From the UHGV virus genome UHGV-0149281: a stretch of 37,393 nucleotides of DNA; one strand, written 5' to 3'. The notes under the pieces are model-generated. The model was not told the origin of the DNA, ran no database searches, and was given only the letters and a program-made list of their open reading frames with translations. The position numbers were made by a program, and so were the translations under genes. Positions 1 through 8,064 of the stretch are shown here, in pieces. Origin of the DNA: a virus. Position 1 is the stretch's first letter. Every line of letters starts with the position of its first letter.

Positions 1-49
1 CCGCCGTAGCGAGTTCAGATAAAAGAAATCCCCGCGAGTGCGAGGATTG

Positions 50-334
50 TTATTCATTGCAGATATTCACCTTTATCGCGAACACCTTTACCGGTTTATC
101 ACCGAAGTGCGGATGTGTGATTGTCTTGATTTCATATCCGTCATACGGGACGTCAATTCTGCGGCTGGAATCGTCGCGCTTCGGATATCCCTTTGTGATG
201 ATCAGGCGGTCATGCTTACGGTTAACGAGGCGCTTTTTCCAGTAGTCATTACATAGGCGATACTCTTCCGTTTTCTCGCCCCGCTTCATCTGGTCGAAGT
301 ATTCGCCGTTCACTGCCAGTTGCAGATTAGCCAT
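50..334 (-). CDS. hypothetical protein, possibly ASCH/PUA-like fold
   Basis: 94-aa ORF; N-terminal region (FDQMKRGEKTEEYR) resembles ASCH-domain proteins from memory; overlaps upstream gene by 8 nt, suggesting an operon. Confidence 0.5.
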   Translation of the reverse strand: MANLQLAVNGEYFDQMKRGEKTEEYRLCNDYWKKRLVNRKHDRLIITKGYPKRDDSSRRIDVPYDGYEIKTITHPHFGDKPVKVFAIKVNICNE

Positions 335-1124
335 TGTCAGCCTCCTGCTGCGGTGCTGCTGGTGCGGCGGCGAGCATTTTCGAGTAGCAATGCACTGTAT
401 TCAGCCAGAACCCAACCACCGATTGTCCAGCACGCAACATATCTTTTGTTGGGTCAATCGGAACAAGTTTCCATCCATCCGGAATCACCGGAGAGTTGCC
501 AGGCTTCACATATCCACTGTGTGCGTCGGCATCGTATTCAAGAATGTCCGGCTCCTCTGACAATTCACCAATCAAATGGCGCATGCGGTCAGATTCGTAG
601 CGAACGCGGTCAGGATACTCGGAACGCTCGATTGTGATGCCTTCCCATGGGTGCTGGCCTTTTCGATGCAGCATTACGGTCCAGTTTGTTTTGCCGTTCG
701 TTTCAGGCATTGATCCGTACCAGACTGTTAGTTCTGGCTTGCCATCGGCACCCTGAAGCATGGCGGCGCGATAGGCGTTCCAGCCAACAGCTTTTCCGTG
801 TTCAAACGCGCTGTCAAAGTCATCATCCATTTCCATCGCAGCGGGCACAGATACCGGCGCTGGCGTGGCAGAGCGATACAGAAGAACATCACCCATCTCT
901 GCTCTGGACGCAGGCCATACGTCTGCATCAGAGCCAGATTTGAGATAATCAAGATTGGACTGGTCGATTACGCACACAGCCTCCGCTTCGAGCGATGCCA
1001 GCGCGATACGCAGGGCAGCCAGCGTATTACTGTCGTCTTCATCCAGGCCGAACGGGATTTCATCGCGGGTGGCTTCCATGTCGGCAATTTTCTGCTGTAG
1101 CCATTGTTTGGTAAGTGTGCTCAT
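327..1124 (-). CDS. hypothetical early-left (pL operon) protein, 265 aa
   Basis: Long ORF, acidic; ATGA overlap with the upstream gene (1121-1124), co-directional with the erf operon. Confidence 0.6.
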   Translation of the reverse strand: MSTLTKQWLQQKIADMEATRDEIPFGLDEDDSNTLAALRIALASLEAEAVCVIDQSNLDYLKSGSDADVWPASRAEMGDVLLYRSATPAPVSVPAAMEMDDDFDSAFEHGKAVGWNAYRAAMLQGADGKPELTVWYGSMPETNGKTNWTVMLHRKGQHPWEGITIERSEYPDRVRYESDRMRHLIGELSEEPDILEYDADAHSGYVKPGNSPVIPDGWKLVPIDPTKDMLRAGQSVVGFWLNTVHCYSKMLAAAPAAPQQEADNG

Positions 1125-1910
1125 GATGCCTCTCCTTTACCGGCTGCGGCGCGGTCGATTCGTTCAATTTCGGCCAGAATAAGTGCGCCAGCTTTCACAA
1201 GGTCACGACGCGGATTTGTCGGCTTCCACCATTCTGGTGTCCACGGCCAGCCAAATGGAATGCGGTTAAATGGATGGATGGCATTCAGTACGTAGCATGA
1301 GGATGCCCACAGTAACTGCGATTTGCTGTACTGGTCATCATGCTCAGGCGTCCATCCCTCAGCTGATTGATGGCGTTGACGCTCTGCAATTACTGACTGA
1401 ACGGCATTGGATAGCGATTTCACACCCTGCGCACGCACTTCAGCCAGGAAAGCGTCGGTGGCTGGGGTTTTGTTATCTGACTCCAGCCACTGGTTGTAGT
1501 AATAATCGAACATGCCAGTAGGATAACCACATCCGCCGTGCACGTGGTCTTTCATAGCAGAACCACACATGCAGTAGTCATTGTCAGTATTACTAATGAT
1601 GTCGATAAGTTGCTGTGTCCGTTGCTTCAACATCGCATTCTCCGCCGCCAGCGCCGAAAACTTCTCGTGTGCCAACTTAACAGCTGCATCAGCCTGCTTA
1701 ATTGACTCAGTCGCTTTCTGGTGGTCTTCGGCCAGCCCTGCTAAATCAGCCTCCAGTTCGGCTAGGCGTTCATTTAATGCATCTCGTTCATCCAGTAGAG
1801 CCAGCACAACCTGAGGTGTGACTTTCATACGAAATGCCAGCAATTTTTGAGGTGTTGCTACTGTTTCAATTGCTACTGCTGCCTCACGCAGTACCTGATA
1901 GTCAATCTTG
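1121..1910 (-). CDS. hypothetical protein with N-terminal coiled coil and Cys/His-rich C-terminal region
   Basis: ORF open from 1936; likely GTG start at 1910 preceded by AAGGAGG; heptad-like N-terminal region; CMCGS..HVHGGCG motif. Confidence 0.55.
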
Positions 1911-1911
1911 C

Positions 1912-2112
1912 TCACTGGTTGCCTCCTTTGCGCCACATCGCATTCAGATATTTGTTGTCATTAACAGAACCGAAACTCTTTCTCTTAAGCAATTCCTCTC
2001 TCGATGGCATTGGCTTTACGCGTTGGCGAATAATCATTTCTGCCGGAAGAATGCCGGGATTGTATGCAAGTCCTCTCATGGTAAATTCCTCAGTCATTAC
2101 TGATAGCGCCAT
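1912..2112 (-). CDS. small hypothetical protein (66 aa)
   Basis: ORF overlapping the 3' end of the upstream gene by 23 nt; no strong RBS seen. Confidence 0.3.
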   Translation of the reverse strand: MALSVMTEEFTMRGLAYNPGILPAEMIIRQRVKPMPSREELLKRKSFGSVNDNKYLNAMWRKGGNQ

Positions 2113-2386
2113 AGCGTGAGCGGTAATTACGCAGGCGCGGGTCGATATATTCAGGGAATTTGTCTATTGTCGCTTTTCGCAACGGTCGCATTGCTGTTTC
2201 GTTTGTTCGGTCCCTCTCATCTTTTAACGCGAGCTGTATATCGCGTCGGTACATCCGTTCTGCTTTTGTTTCTGGTGGCAGAGCAAGAAACGCGTCGAAA
2301 ATGTTTTTGATATTTTCCAGCACCTCCGACTTGGAGCTACCGGAGCAGTTGCGCGCGTCGTCCGCACCATACAGAGGCGCTGGCAT
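2090..2386 (-). CDS. small early protein, possible Abc2-like anti-RecBCD protein
   Basis: 98-aa ORF immediately distal to erf in the pL operon, the size and position of P22 abc2; assignment is by synteny, not sequence. Confidence 0.55.
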   Translation of the reverse strand: MPAPLYGADDARNCSGSSKSEVLENIKNIFDAFLALPPETKAERMYRRDIQLALKDERDRTNETAMRPLRKATIDKFPEYIDPRLRNYRSRYGAISND

Positions 2387-2409
2387 AATGGAATCCTTAT
2401 GTTGCTACT

Positions 2410-2793
2410 TTAGAAGGGAATTGAATCGTCGTATTCAGGATGATTTTGATGATTGCTACTTTGCTGCTGTTGGCTGTTTCCTGAGGTTGCAAATCCAATC
2501 TTTGCATTCAGTAATTCAAGAGTGATTGATTGACCATTTTGCCCCTGATAAACATCAACCCTGATGTTTTCTCCGGTAATTTCTACAATGCCACCTTCAA
2601 CAAGAACACTACGGTAGTAATCCGCTTGCGCTCCCGGCTTGGCAAATACAACGGCGCTGTAGTTTGTCCATTCTTTCTTTTTTGTCTGGCGATCGTAATA
2701 CTGAACGCCAGCACGGATGTTGAATCCGATATTTTCCCCGGCCTGAAACTCTCTTGCGGGCTTGTTTAGTCTTACAGTAATCGAATGTGCCAT
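2410..2793 (-). CDS. SSB-like protein with acidic C-terminal tail
   Basis: Start ATG at 2793 overlaps the erf stop (TAATG); C-terminus ...HPEYDDSIPF resembles the SSB DDDIPF tail; preceded by a Gln/Ser-rich linker. Confidence 0.65.
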   Translation of the reverse strand: MAHSITVRLNKPAREFQAGENIGFNIRAGVQYYDRQTKKKEWTNYSAVVFAKPGAQADYYRSVLVEGGIVEITGENIRVDVYQGQNGQSITLELLNAKIGFATSGNSQQQQSSNHQNHPEYDDSIPF

Positions 2794-3398
2794 TAAGCAG
2801 CCGCTCCTTCTAATTCGTCTCGTCTGATGTTGTAAACGTCCTGCGCTTTGTGCTGCTCCGGTGTGCCTTCGAGCATCTTCCACGCTTTGGCGAACGCCTG
2901 TTTAAGCTCTTCTACGGTGTTTTTCTGCATTGCTGCGTCAGTGAATGCTTTTAGAACCTGTTCAGGTGTAGGTGATGGTTTTGATTGCTTTGCTGCTGCG
3001 TTCTGCTGATGTTTATGCTCGTCTGTATCTGCATCTTTCGCATCATCAATGCCGAACAAACCATTGAGGCAATACTTGCGCGCATAAGAACTTGTAGCTC
3101 CAGTAACTTGTGCAGAATCCATTCCTTTCTTGCTTTCTTCCTCTCGTGCAAGAGCGGTTGCCGTATGACTGTTTTCGCCATCGGTAATAGTTGCCGTAGC
3201 TTTCACGTAATACCGATCACCAATCAACACAACTTCATCGCTGATTGATAAAAACAGGCCATTCAGTAACGGCTTAACGCCTTCAAGAATGTCTTCGCAG
3301 CTTCTGTATTTATATTTGCCGAATGAGTTGTACTGATTCTTTGGCGCGTTCAGATTCTCCTGAATAGCTGCCAGTCTTGCGTAAAATTCTTTGCTCAT
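2793..3398 (-). CDS. erf: Erf-family single-strand annealing recombinase
   Basis: MSKEFYARLA...NAPKNQYNSFGKYKYRSCEDILEGVKPLL matches remembered P22 Erf nearly residue for residue over the N-terminal domain. Confidence 0.9.
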   Translation of the reverse strand: MSKEFYARLAAIQENLNAPKNQYNSFGKYKYRSCEDILEGVKPLLNGLFLSISDEVVLIGDRYYVKATATITDGENSHTATALAREEESKKGMDSAQVTGATSSYARKYCLNGLFGIDDAKDADTDEHKHQQNAAAKQSKPSPTPEQVLKAFTDAAMQKNTVEELKQAFAKAWKMLEGTPEQHKAQDVYNIRRDELEGAAA

Positions 3399-3499
3399 AT
3401 GATTGTTCTCAGAATGGACACGGCCCAAGGAAATAACGCTGATTTAATACTTCGACTCGTGACAAATTAAGGCATACCCGCATTCCTTCGCGGTCGCCA

Positions 3500-3658
3500 T
3501 TATGGCGATACCAGAGAGCTTTCTGCGTGTACATGCGTCTCTGTAACTTGCTCTCCTTCACTGTGGTTGCAAGTGACATGAATATCTCCTTCGTTACCGA
3601 TTAAATCTTTCATCTGACGAATGAATTCTTCGTCTGACCAGTTATCTGTAAAACTCAT
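3500..3658 (-). CDS. small early protein (kil/arf position)
   Basis: 52-aa ORF from ATG 3658, overlapping the cIII stop by ATGA; position between cIII and erf. Confidence 0.4.
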   Translation of the reverse strand: MSFTDNWSDEEFIRQMKDLIGNEGDIHVTCNHSEGEQVTETHVHAESSLVSP

Positions 3659-3825
3659 GGGCGGCCTTGTTGTTTCAAAATATCCCAAAGCTTTTCGAGC
3701 AAGCTTTTCATTCTTGGTTGTTTAAAGTCTGCTCCGGTTAAAATATTTTTTCGTGAATGCTGTACCGATAAAATCGGGTTGAAAGGGCGAACCGATGCCG
3801 CCCCTGCAATAGCGAACTGTTGCAT
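3655..3825 (-). CDS. cIII: cIII-like protein (protease inhibitor that stabilises cII)
   Basis: 56 aa; MQQFAIAG...SLLEKLWDILKQQGRP parallels lambda CIII (MQYAIAG...); RBS AGGAG 6 nt upstream of the ATG. Confidence 0.8.
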   Translation of the reverse strand: MQQFAIAGAASVRPFNPILSVQHSRKNILTGADFKQPRMKSLLEKLWDILKQQGRP

Positions 3826-3888
3826 AGGATGCTCCTTCTGTTTTATTGCATAACGAAAACGCCTCGAATGAAGCGTTATTGGTATGCA

Positions 3889-3916
3889 TATAAAAAGGCC
3901 CTCACACTGGAGGGCA
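3889..3916 (-). terminator. rho-independent terminator within the pL operon (tL1-like)
   Basis: Minus-strand RNA GCCCUC-CAGUGU-GAGGGC followed by a U-run. Confidence 0.55.
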
Positions 3917-4010
3917 AAGAAGATTTCCAATAATCAGAACAAGTCGGCTCCTGTTTAGTTACGAGCGACATTGCTCCGTGTATTCACTCGTTGGAATGAA
4001 TACACAGTGC

Positions 4011-4199
4011 TTATTCGTCATGCATTTCAGGTAATTCTTCGTATTCGACGCCCCATACGAGTTTACACCAACTAACTCGCTCATATCTTTTACAGAAATC
4101 AGACCACATAACTTGTGTTCCATCATGGTTTGTTATTACTTCTGTAATATCACCAACACTAACAAAACTGGTATTAGAAGCGGTTATTTTTACTTTCAT
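4011..4199 (-). CDS. hypothetical small protein (62 aa), AT-rich
   Basis: ORF with TAATG overlap to the upstream gene; low GC. Confidence 0.5.
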   Translation of the reverse strand: MKVKITASNTSFVSVGDITEVITNHDGTQVMWSDFCKRYERVSWCKLVWGVEYEELPEMHDE

Positions 4200-4495
4200 T
4201 ACTTATCCCCAAGAGCTTTTCTTATTGCTGCGAGACCTTTATTAACAGCTCCATACCATTCTGGATATGTTGTCGTTGTTCTATTTTTGGTTTGCTTAAG
4301 TAATAACTGAAGTGCTTCGAGAAGGTCAGGTGCTGCCGCTATTAGATTGGCATCTTCAATGCATTGAACTTCCTCACAGATTGCAATATACGAACGCCAG
4401 CCTGCGCCATTTTCAAGTGAGTCTGCCTGGATGATTTTAATCTCATCCCCATCCATCATTATTTCCCACTTACCTTCAGTACCTTTAAATTCCAT
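4199..4495 (-). CDS. hypothetical protein (98 aa) with LIAAAPDLLEAL motif
   Basis: ORF in the pL operon; the motif is recurrent in enterobacterial prophage early proteins as I remember them. Confidence 0.55.
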   Translation of the reverse strand: MEFKGTEGKWEIMMDGDEIKIIQADSLENGAGWRSYIAICEEVQCIEDANLIAAAPDLLEALQLLLKQTKNRTTTTYPEWYGAVNKGLAAIRKALGDK

Positions 4496-4541
4496 GTTAG
4501 CCTCTGTTGTTTATGCCAAAAATAAAGGCCGACTATGCGGC

Positions 4542-5012
4542 CTAGTAGAATACCCAATTTTCTGTTTCTTGGTTGTGTCCAAAGTTATATTCAATATCTG
4601 GTGTTGATGTATCAATATTCTTCATCCCATCAACAAGAGTTGATACAACAGCCAAATCTTGTTTGATTCTCATTAAATGGTATTTCTTCCGGCGCAATAA
4701 ACTTTCAATGGCAAGTTTCTTCGTTGGGAATGCAAAAGATCTTTCTGCATTTTTTGCTACTTTCTTAATTGCATATCTATTTCTCTTTTGTTTCCATTCC
4801 TGTAACCACTGATTTGGTGCTGGTTTAAAATTAACAATCCAATGCGCAGGAACCAACCATGCATAATGCTCTGTCTGATGAAAAGCTATATATTGAAGTG
4901 CGAATATTTTGATTCCATCTTCTTCAACTGTCGCCTGGAATCTCCAGAAAACAGGCATTCCATCATGTTCAGTTTCTGATTCAGGAAAAGGTACGCTCCA
5001 TGATTTTGTCAT
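4542..5012 (-). CDS. hypothetical protein (156 aa), AT-rich, directly downstream of N
   Basis: ORF in markedly AT-rich DNA; sits where lambda/P22 carry ral/sieB/gene 17; no recognisable motif. Confidence 0.55.
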   Translation of the reverse strand: MTKSWSVPFPESETEHDGMPVFWRFQATVEEDGIKIFALQYIAFHQTEHYAWLVPAHWIVNFKPAPNQWLQEWKQKRNRYAIKKVAKNAERSFAFPTKKLAIESLLRRKKYHLMRIKQDLAVVSTLVDGMKNIDTSTPDIEYNFGHNQETENWVFY

Positions 5013-5020
5013 ATCTCACC

Positions 5021-5320
5021 TCAAATAAGTGGCTTGCTGCCTAATTTCATTTTCTGGCGACCAACACAAGTCACACCCATTTCACTGCGTGGCTTGCGGT
5101 AGTAAATACGGTTCTGTTTACGCTCGACTTCATCTGCCTTCTTGCAGAGAAGGCTTCCGAGTGATGCTGCTTTGTCTGCTCTGACGCAACCAGAGAGCTT
5201 TAGCGCAATTTTTCGCGCCAGTCGCTGTTCTTCCATTGCCTGCTCACGTTGAGCCTGTCTGCGTGCTCTGCGGCGATTTCTGGCGTTATCGTCAGCCAGA
5301 TATGTAATGACTACTGTCAT
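5021..5320 (-). CDS. N: N-like transcription antiterminator
   Basis: N-terminal arginine-rich motif (NARNRRRARRQAQREQ); C-terminus RKPRSEMGVTCVGRQKMKLGSKPLI parallels lambda N; GGAGG RBS; nutL immediately upstream. Confidence 0.85.
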   Translation of the reverse strand: MTVVITYLADDNARNRRRARRQAQREQAMEEQRLARKIALKLSGCVRADKAASLGSLLCKKADEVERKQNRIYYRKPRSEMGVTCVGRQKMKLGSKPLI

Positions 5321-5426
5321 GTTGACCTCCGATGATTGACTTTGGCGGTGACGCGCCGGGTGCTTATCTTCCGGTTGCCGTCGTGCAGCTGCACTTCACG
5401 TCACCCCAAAGCCAACTACTCTTTGG

Positions 5427-5469
5427 TTCCCGCATTTCGGCGGGACAATCCCATCAATGTTAAAGAGCC
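5427..5469 (-). promoter_or_regulatory. nutL (boxA + boxB)
   Basis: Minus-strand boxA GCTCTTTAAC followed 12 nt later by the boxB hairpin UCCCGC-CGAAAU-GCGGGA, identical to the boxB at nutR. Confidence 0.75.
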
Positions 5470-5516
5470 TGCCAATCTGTTCCGTTTGGCTACCAGCGTC
5501 CTGCTGATGGCTAAAG

Positions 5517-5556
5517 AATACTGTAGGTATTTTATTGTGTAAATACCCAAGGTATT
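5517..5556 (-). promoter_or_regulatory. oL operators / pL promoter region
   Basis: Two 15-bp palindromes AATACTGTAGGTATT and AATACCCAAGGTATT (consensus AATAC-N5-GTATT), the same consensus as at oR. Confidence 0.65.
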
Positions 5557-5688
5557 TATTTTTGGTGAAATAATGATAAGCAAATGAATACAAAGGATAT
5601 TTATTTTTTTCGGTGTCTGCTTGTTCAGTGCTTTTTATGCGGGATATGTGAAGTGGATCCCGATAGCTATTGCTGCCGGGATTATAGG

Positions 5689-6057
5689 TTAGTCAGCGAA
5701 GGTTAAGACGAGAATTACCTTAATGATGTCTGCTACAACAGACACGGCCATAGATAAACCAAAGACGATCCAAGCCACAGTGATGTCTTCACTACCATCG
5801 TATAGAGTTCCGTAATCACTGGTGTAAGGCGTAAATGTCGCGCCTTGATACAATAGGTATAAGCTTGATCCATAGAGGATAAATGCAGATATCCCTTGTA
5901 TTGCTATGACCACTAGAATCATGAAACGAGCTGATCTATGCGCCCAAGCCTGGCTTATTTTTTCTGATAGAGATTTCGCAATAAAAGCATGCGCTAAGCC
6001 GTAAATTGTCGAGATTGCCAACATCCCAAAAAAGCTTGCTATAGCGGTTCCAACCAT
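5689..6057 (-). CDS. small polytopic membrane protein downstream of cI (rex-like position)
   Basis: ORF with several hydrophobic helices; ATG at 6057 (alternative TTG at 6078 overlapping the cI stop); same strand as cI. Confidence 0.65.
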   Translation of the reverse strand: MVGTAIASFFGMLAISTIYGLAHAFIAKSLSEKISQAWAHRSARFMILVVIAIQGISAFILYGSSLYLLYQGATFTPYTSDYGTLYDGSEDITVAWIVFGLSMAVSVVADIIKVILVLTFAD

Positions 6058-6074
6058 AATCGCCCCTTGCGTGA

Positions 6075-6791
6075 TCAAACCAGCCTTAGTTTTGTCTCAA
6101 TTGCAACGCCTATAATCTTGCAGTTTCCATTGATTGGCACGAGAGGCCATGCAGGATTAAGTCCCTTGAGGTATTTATTTCCGCCGTCGATTATCAGCTT
6201 CTTGAATGTTGCTTCGTTAGAGTCAGAAAGTTTTGCTATGACCAAGCTGCCGTTGATCGCCTCCCTTCCGGTATCGAAAAGAACGAATGTTCCCTCTGGA
6301 ATGCTTAACCCAACCGGTGCCGTCATTGAATCACCTTCCACTTTAAGCCAGAACGCATTACCTTGAATATGCGCGTCAGACTCAAGCCAAACATCTATGT
6401 CTTTAATGGTGTATGGTTCGCATGCTTCACACCACGAGCCAGCCTGGATACTGCTTAACACCGGATACCTCTTTCCTGCTCTGTATTCCCCTGCATACCT
6501 TACGTTGGCATCGCTCTTAAGGCTTTCTGCCTGTTCTGCAACCTTGGCAGCAATTGACTGGCTAAAATCAGCAATTGAGACTTGCAACAAACGTGCAAAA
6601 CCAGATGCGACCTCAACGTTTAGCGCGTTTCTGCCATTAAGATAATGCCCTACCGCTCCTTGGGTGATACCCAGTTCATCAGCGATTGAGTATTGGGTTA
6701 TTCCCAATTCTTTCTTTTTTGACTCATACAAAGCCTTAAGCCGCTTAGCGTCTTCGAGCTGTTCTGTCGTCAGTGATTTTTTATTTTCCAT
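6075..6791 (-). CDS. cI: CI-type prophage repressor (HTH + LexA/S24 peptidase-like domain)
   Basis: 238 aa; N-terminal HTH (QYSIADELGITQGAVGHYLNG); C-terminal domain has the S24 Ser/Lys-type motifs (GDSM...K); divergent from cro. Confidence 0.9.
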   Translation of the reverse strand: MENKKSLTTEQLEDAKRLKALYESKKKELGITQYSIADELGITQGAVGHYLNGRNALNVEVASGFARLLQVSIADFSQSIAAKVAEQAESLKSDANVRYAGEYRAGKRYPVLSSIQAGSWCEACEPYTIKDIDVWLESDAHIQGNAFWLKVEGDSMTAPVGLSIPEGTFVLFDTGREAINGSLVIAKLSDSNEATFKKLIIDGGNKYLKGLNPAWPLVPINGNCKIIGVAIETKLRLV

Positions 6792-6826
6792 AGCTTAATT
6801 CTAGTAGCTAAGGTACTTAAACTAAA

Positions 6827-6866
6827 AATACCCTGAGTATTGATTGCTTTGAATACCTGTAGTATT
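6827..6866. promoter_or_regulatory. oR operators with divergent pR/pRM
   Basis: Palindromes AATACCCTGAGTATT (6827-6841) and AATACCTGTAGTATT (6852-6866) between cI and cro. Confidence 0.65.
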
Positions 6867-6897
6867 CTTTGTTCATGGTTAATAACGGAGAGTGCAT

Positions 6898-7092
6898 ATG
6901 ATTCGAATGACACTTGCCGATTACGCCAAAATCCATGGACAGGCTAAAGCAGCCAGTGACTTTGGTGTAATCCAGTGCGCTATCAGTAAGGCCATTCTGG
7001 CAGGCCGTAACATTATGGTTACGGTAAAGCCTGATGGCAGTGTGATTGGAGAGGAAGTTCGTCCTTTCCCAAGCAACAAGAAAAACAAATAG
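6898..7092 (+). CDS. cro: Cro repressor
   Basis: [34 protein letters not shown]....[16 protein letters not shown] parallels lambda Cro; GGAG RBS. Confidence 0.9.
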   Translation: MIRMTLADYAKIHGQAKAASDFGVIQCAISKAILAGRNIMVTVKPDGSVIGEEVRPFPSNKKNK

Positions 7093-7098
7093 TAACAC

Positions 7099-7143
7099 CG
7101 CTCTTTAACAGTCATGGTCCTCATTCCCGCCGAAATGCGGGAA
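7099..7143 (+). promoter_or_regulatory. nutR (boxA + boxB)
   Basis: boxA CGCTCTTTAACA followed by the boxB hairpin TTCCCGC-CGAAAT-GCGGGAA. Confidence 0.8.
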
Positions 7144-7200
7144 TACAACGCGCATAAGTTGATGCGCATAACTTCTTATTAGTTAAGGAAATACTTACAT

Positions 7201-7479
7201 ATGCAACTTACAAGTACTCGCAAGAAAGCGAATGCAATTACAAGCAACATCCTGAATCGAATTGCTGTACGTGGTCAGCGAAAGGTTGCCGACGCGTTAG
7301 GGATTAATGAATCGCAAATTTCGCGATGGAAAGACAGCTTTATCCCAAAGATGGCCATGCTTCTGGCTGTTCTTGAATGGGGAGTTGTTGATGATGAGAT
7401 GGCGAGACTTGCTCAGCAGGTGGCATCGATTCTCACAAAAGAAAAACGCCCAGCTGTTGGTAGCAGTCTGGACGCTTAA
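7201..7479 (+). CDS. cII: cII transcriptional activator
   Basis: ...SQISRWK..FIPKMAMLLAVLEWGVVDDEMARLAQQVASILT matches lambda CII closely. Confidence 0.9.
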   Translation: MQLTSTRKKANAITSNILNRIAVRGQRKVADALGINESQISRWKDSFIPKMAMLLAVLEWGVVDDEMARLAQQVASILTKEKRPAVGSSLDA

Positions 7480-7513
7480 GCACACTGTGTTACGCCAAGT
7501 AACAGGAGTAATT

Positions 7514-7918
7514 ATGCCAGGACAAACCAAGCAAGTAAACACCGGCATAAAGGCCGGTGACAAGTTCGAAACCGTATATCCATTTATCTTCGTATGCACA
7601 GATTATCAGTCTTATGACGGCAACGTGCATACCGATGAGCGCTGGATTGGCGGTTGTCACAAAAATTATGAGCCAGCCGATTGTGGTTATGGTGATCAGT
7701 GTTTTTACACCGCTGATGCTGAAGGAAAGAGAATTCTTGAGGTTCTGGCAGTGGTGGAAATGCCAGGCAACTGGCAGCGCAGAATCATTTATTCGTGCCA
7801 CCTCATAGAGCCTGAAGGCAAGGAGAGGAAAGGAAGGAAGGCTTACACAGTCACCGAATCAAGGTTTTTAAAAATGTCTACTGGTTACTTCGCTGATTAC
7901 GAAGTAGAGGAGGCTTAA
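7514..7918 (+). CDS. hypothetical Cys-containing protein (134 aa) inserted between cII and O
   Basis: ATG 7514 with AGGAG RBS; in frame with a longer ORF overlapping cII that was rejected; no recognisable motif. Confidence 0.6.
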   Translation: MPGQTKQVNTGIKAGDKFETVYPFIFVCTDYQSYDGNVHTDERWIGGCHKNYEPADCGYGDQCFYTADAEGKRILEVLAVVEMPGNWQRRIIYSCHLIEPEGKERKGRKAYTVTESRFLKMSTGYFADYEVEEA

Positions 7919-8064
7919 TGACAAAACCACTCAGTCCTTACCAGGACAAAATTCACAAACACATACTACGTGATCGCTTCCTGTCCAGCTTCAAGCAGCC
8001 TGGTCGATTCCGGGCTGAGTTGGAAAAAGTGAAGCTGATGCAGAAGGAGAAAGGTCATGAGTAA
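7918..8064 (+). CDS. small basic hypothetical protein (48 aa)
   Basis: ATG overlaps the upstream stop (TAATG) with GGAGG RBS; its stop overlaps the O start. Confidence 0.4.
   Translation: MTKPLSPYQDKIHKHILRDRFLSSFKQPGRFRAELEKVKLMQKEKGHE

Noticed and set aside
38-637. Plus-strand ORFs (72, 62 and 105 aa) at the left end
   Set aside because: Opposite the coherent minus-strand operon; no RBS or motifs
7307-7918. 203-aa ORF in the track that begins inside cII
   Set aside because: Its 5' part overlaps cII in another frame with no RBS; an internal ATG at 7514 with an AGGAG RBS gives a sensible 134-aa gene
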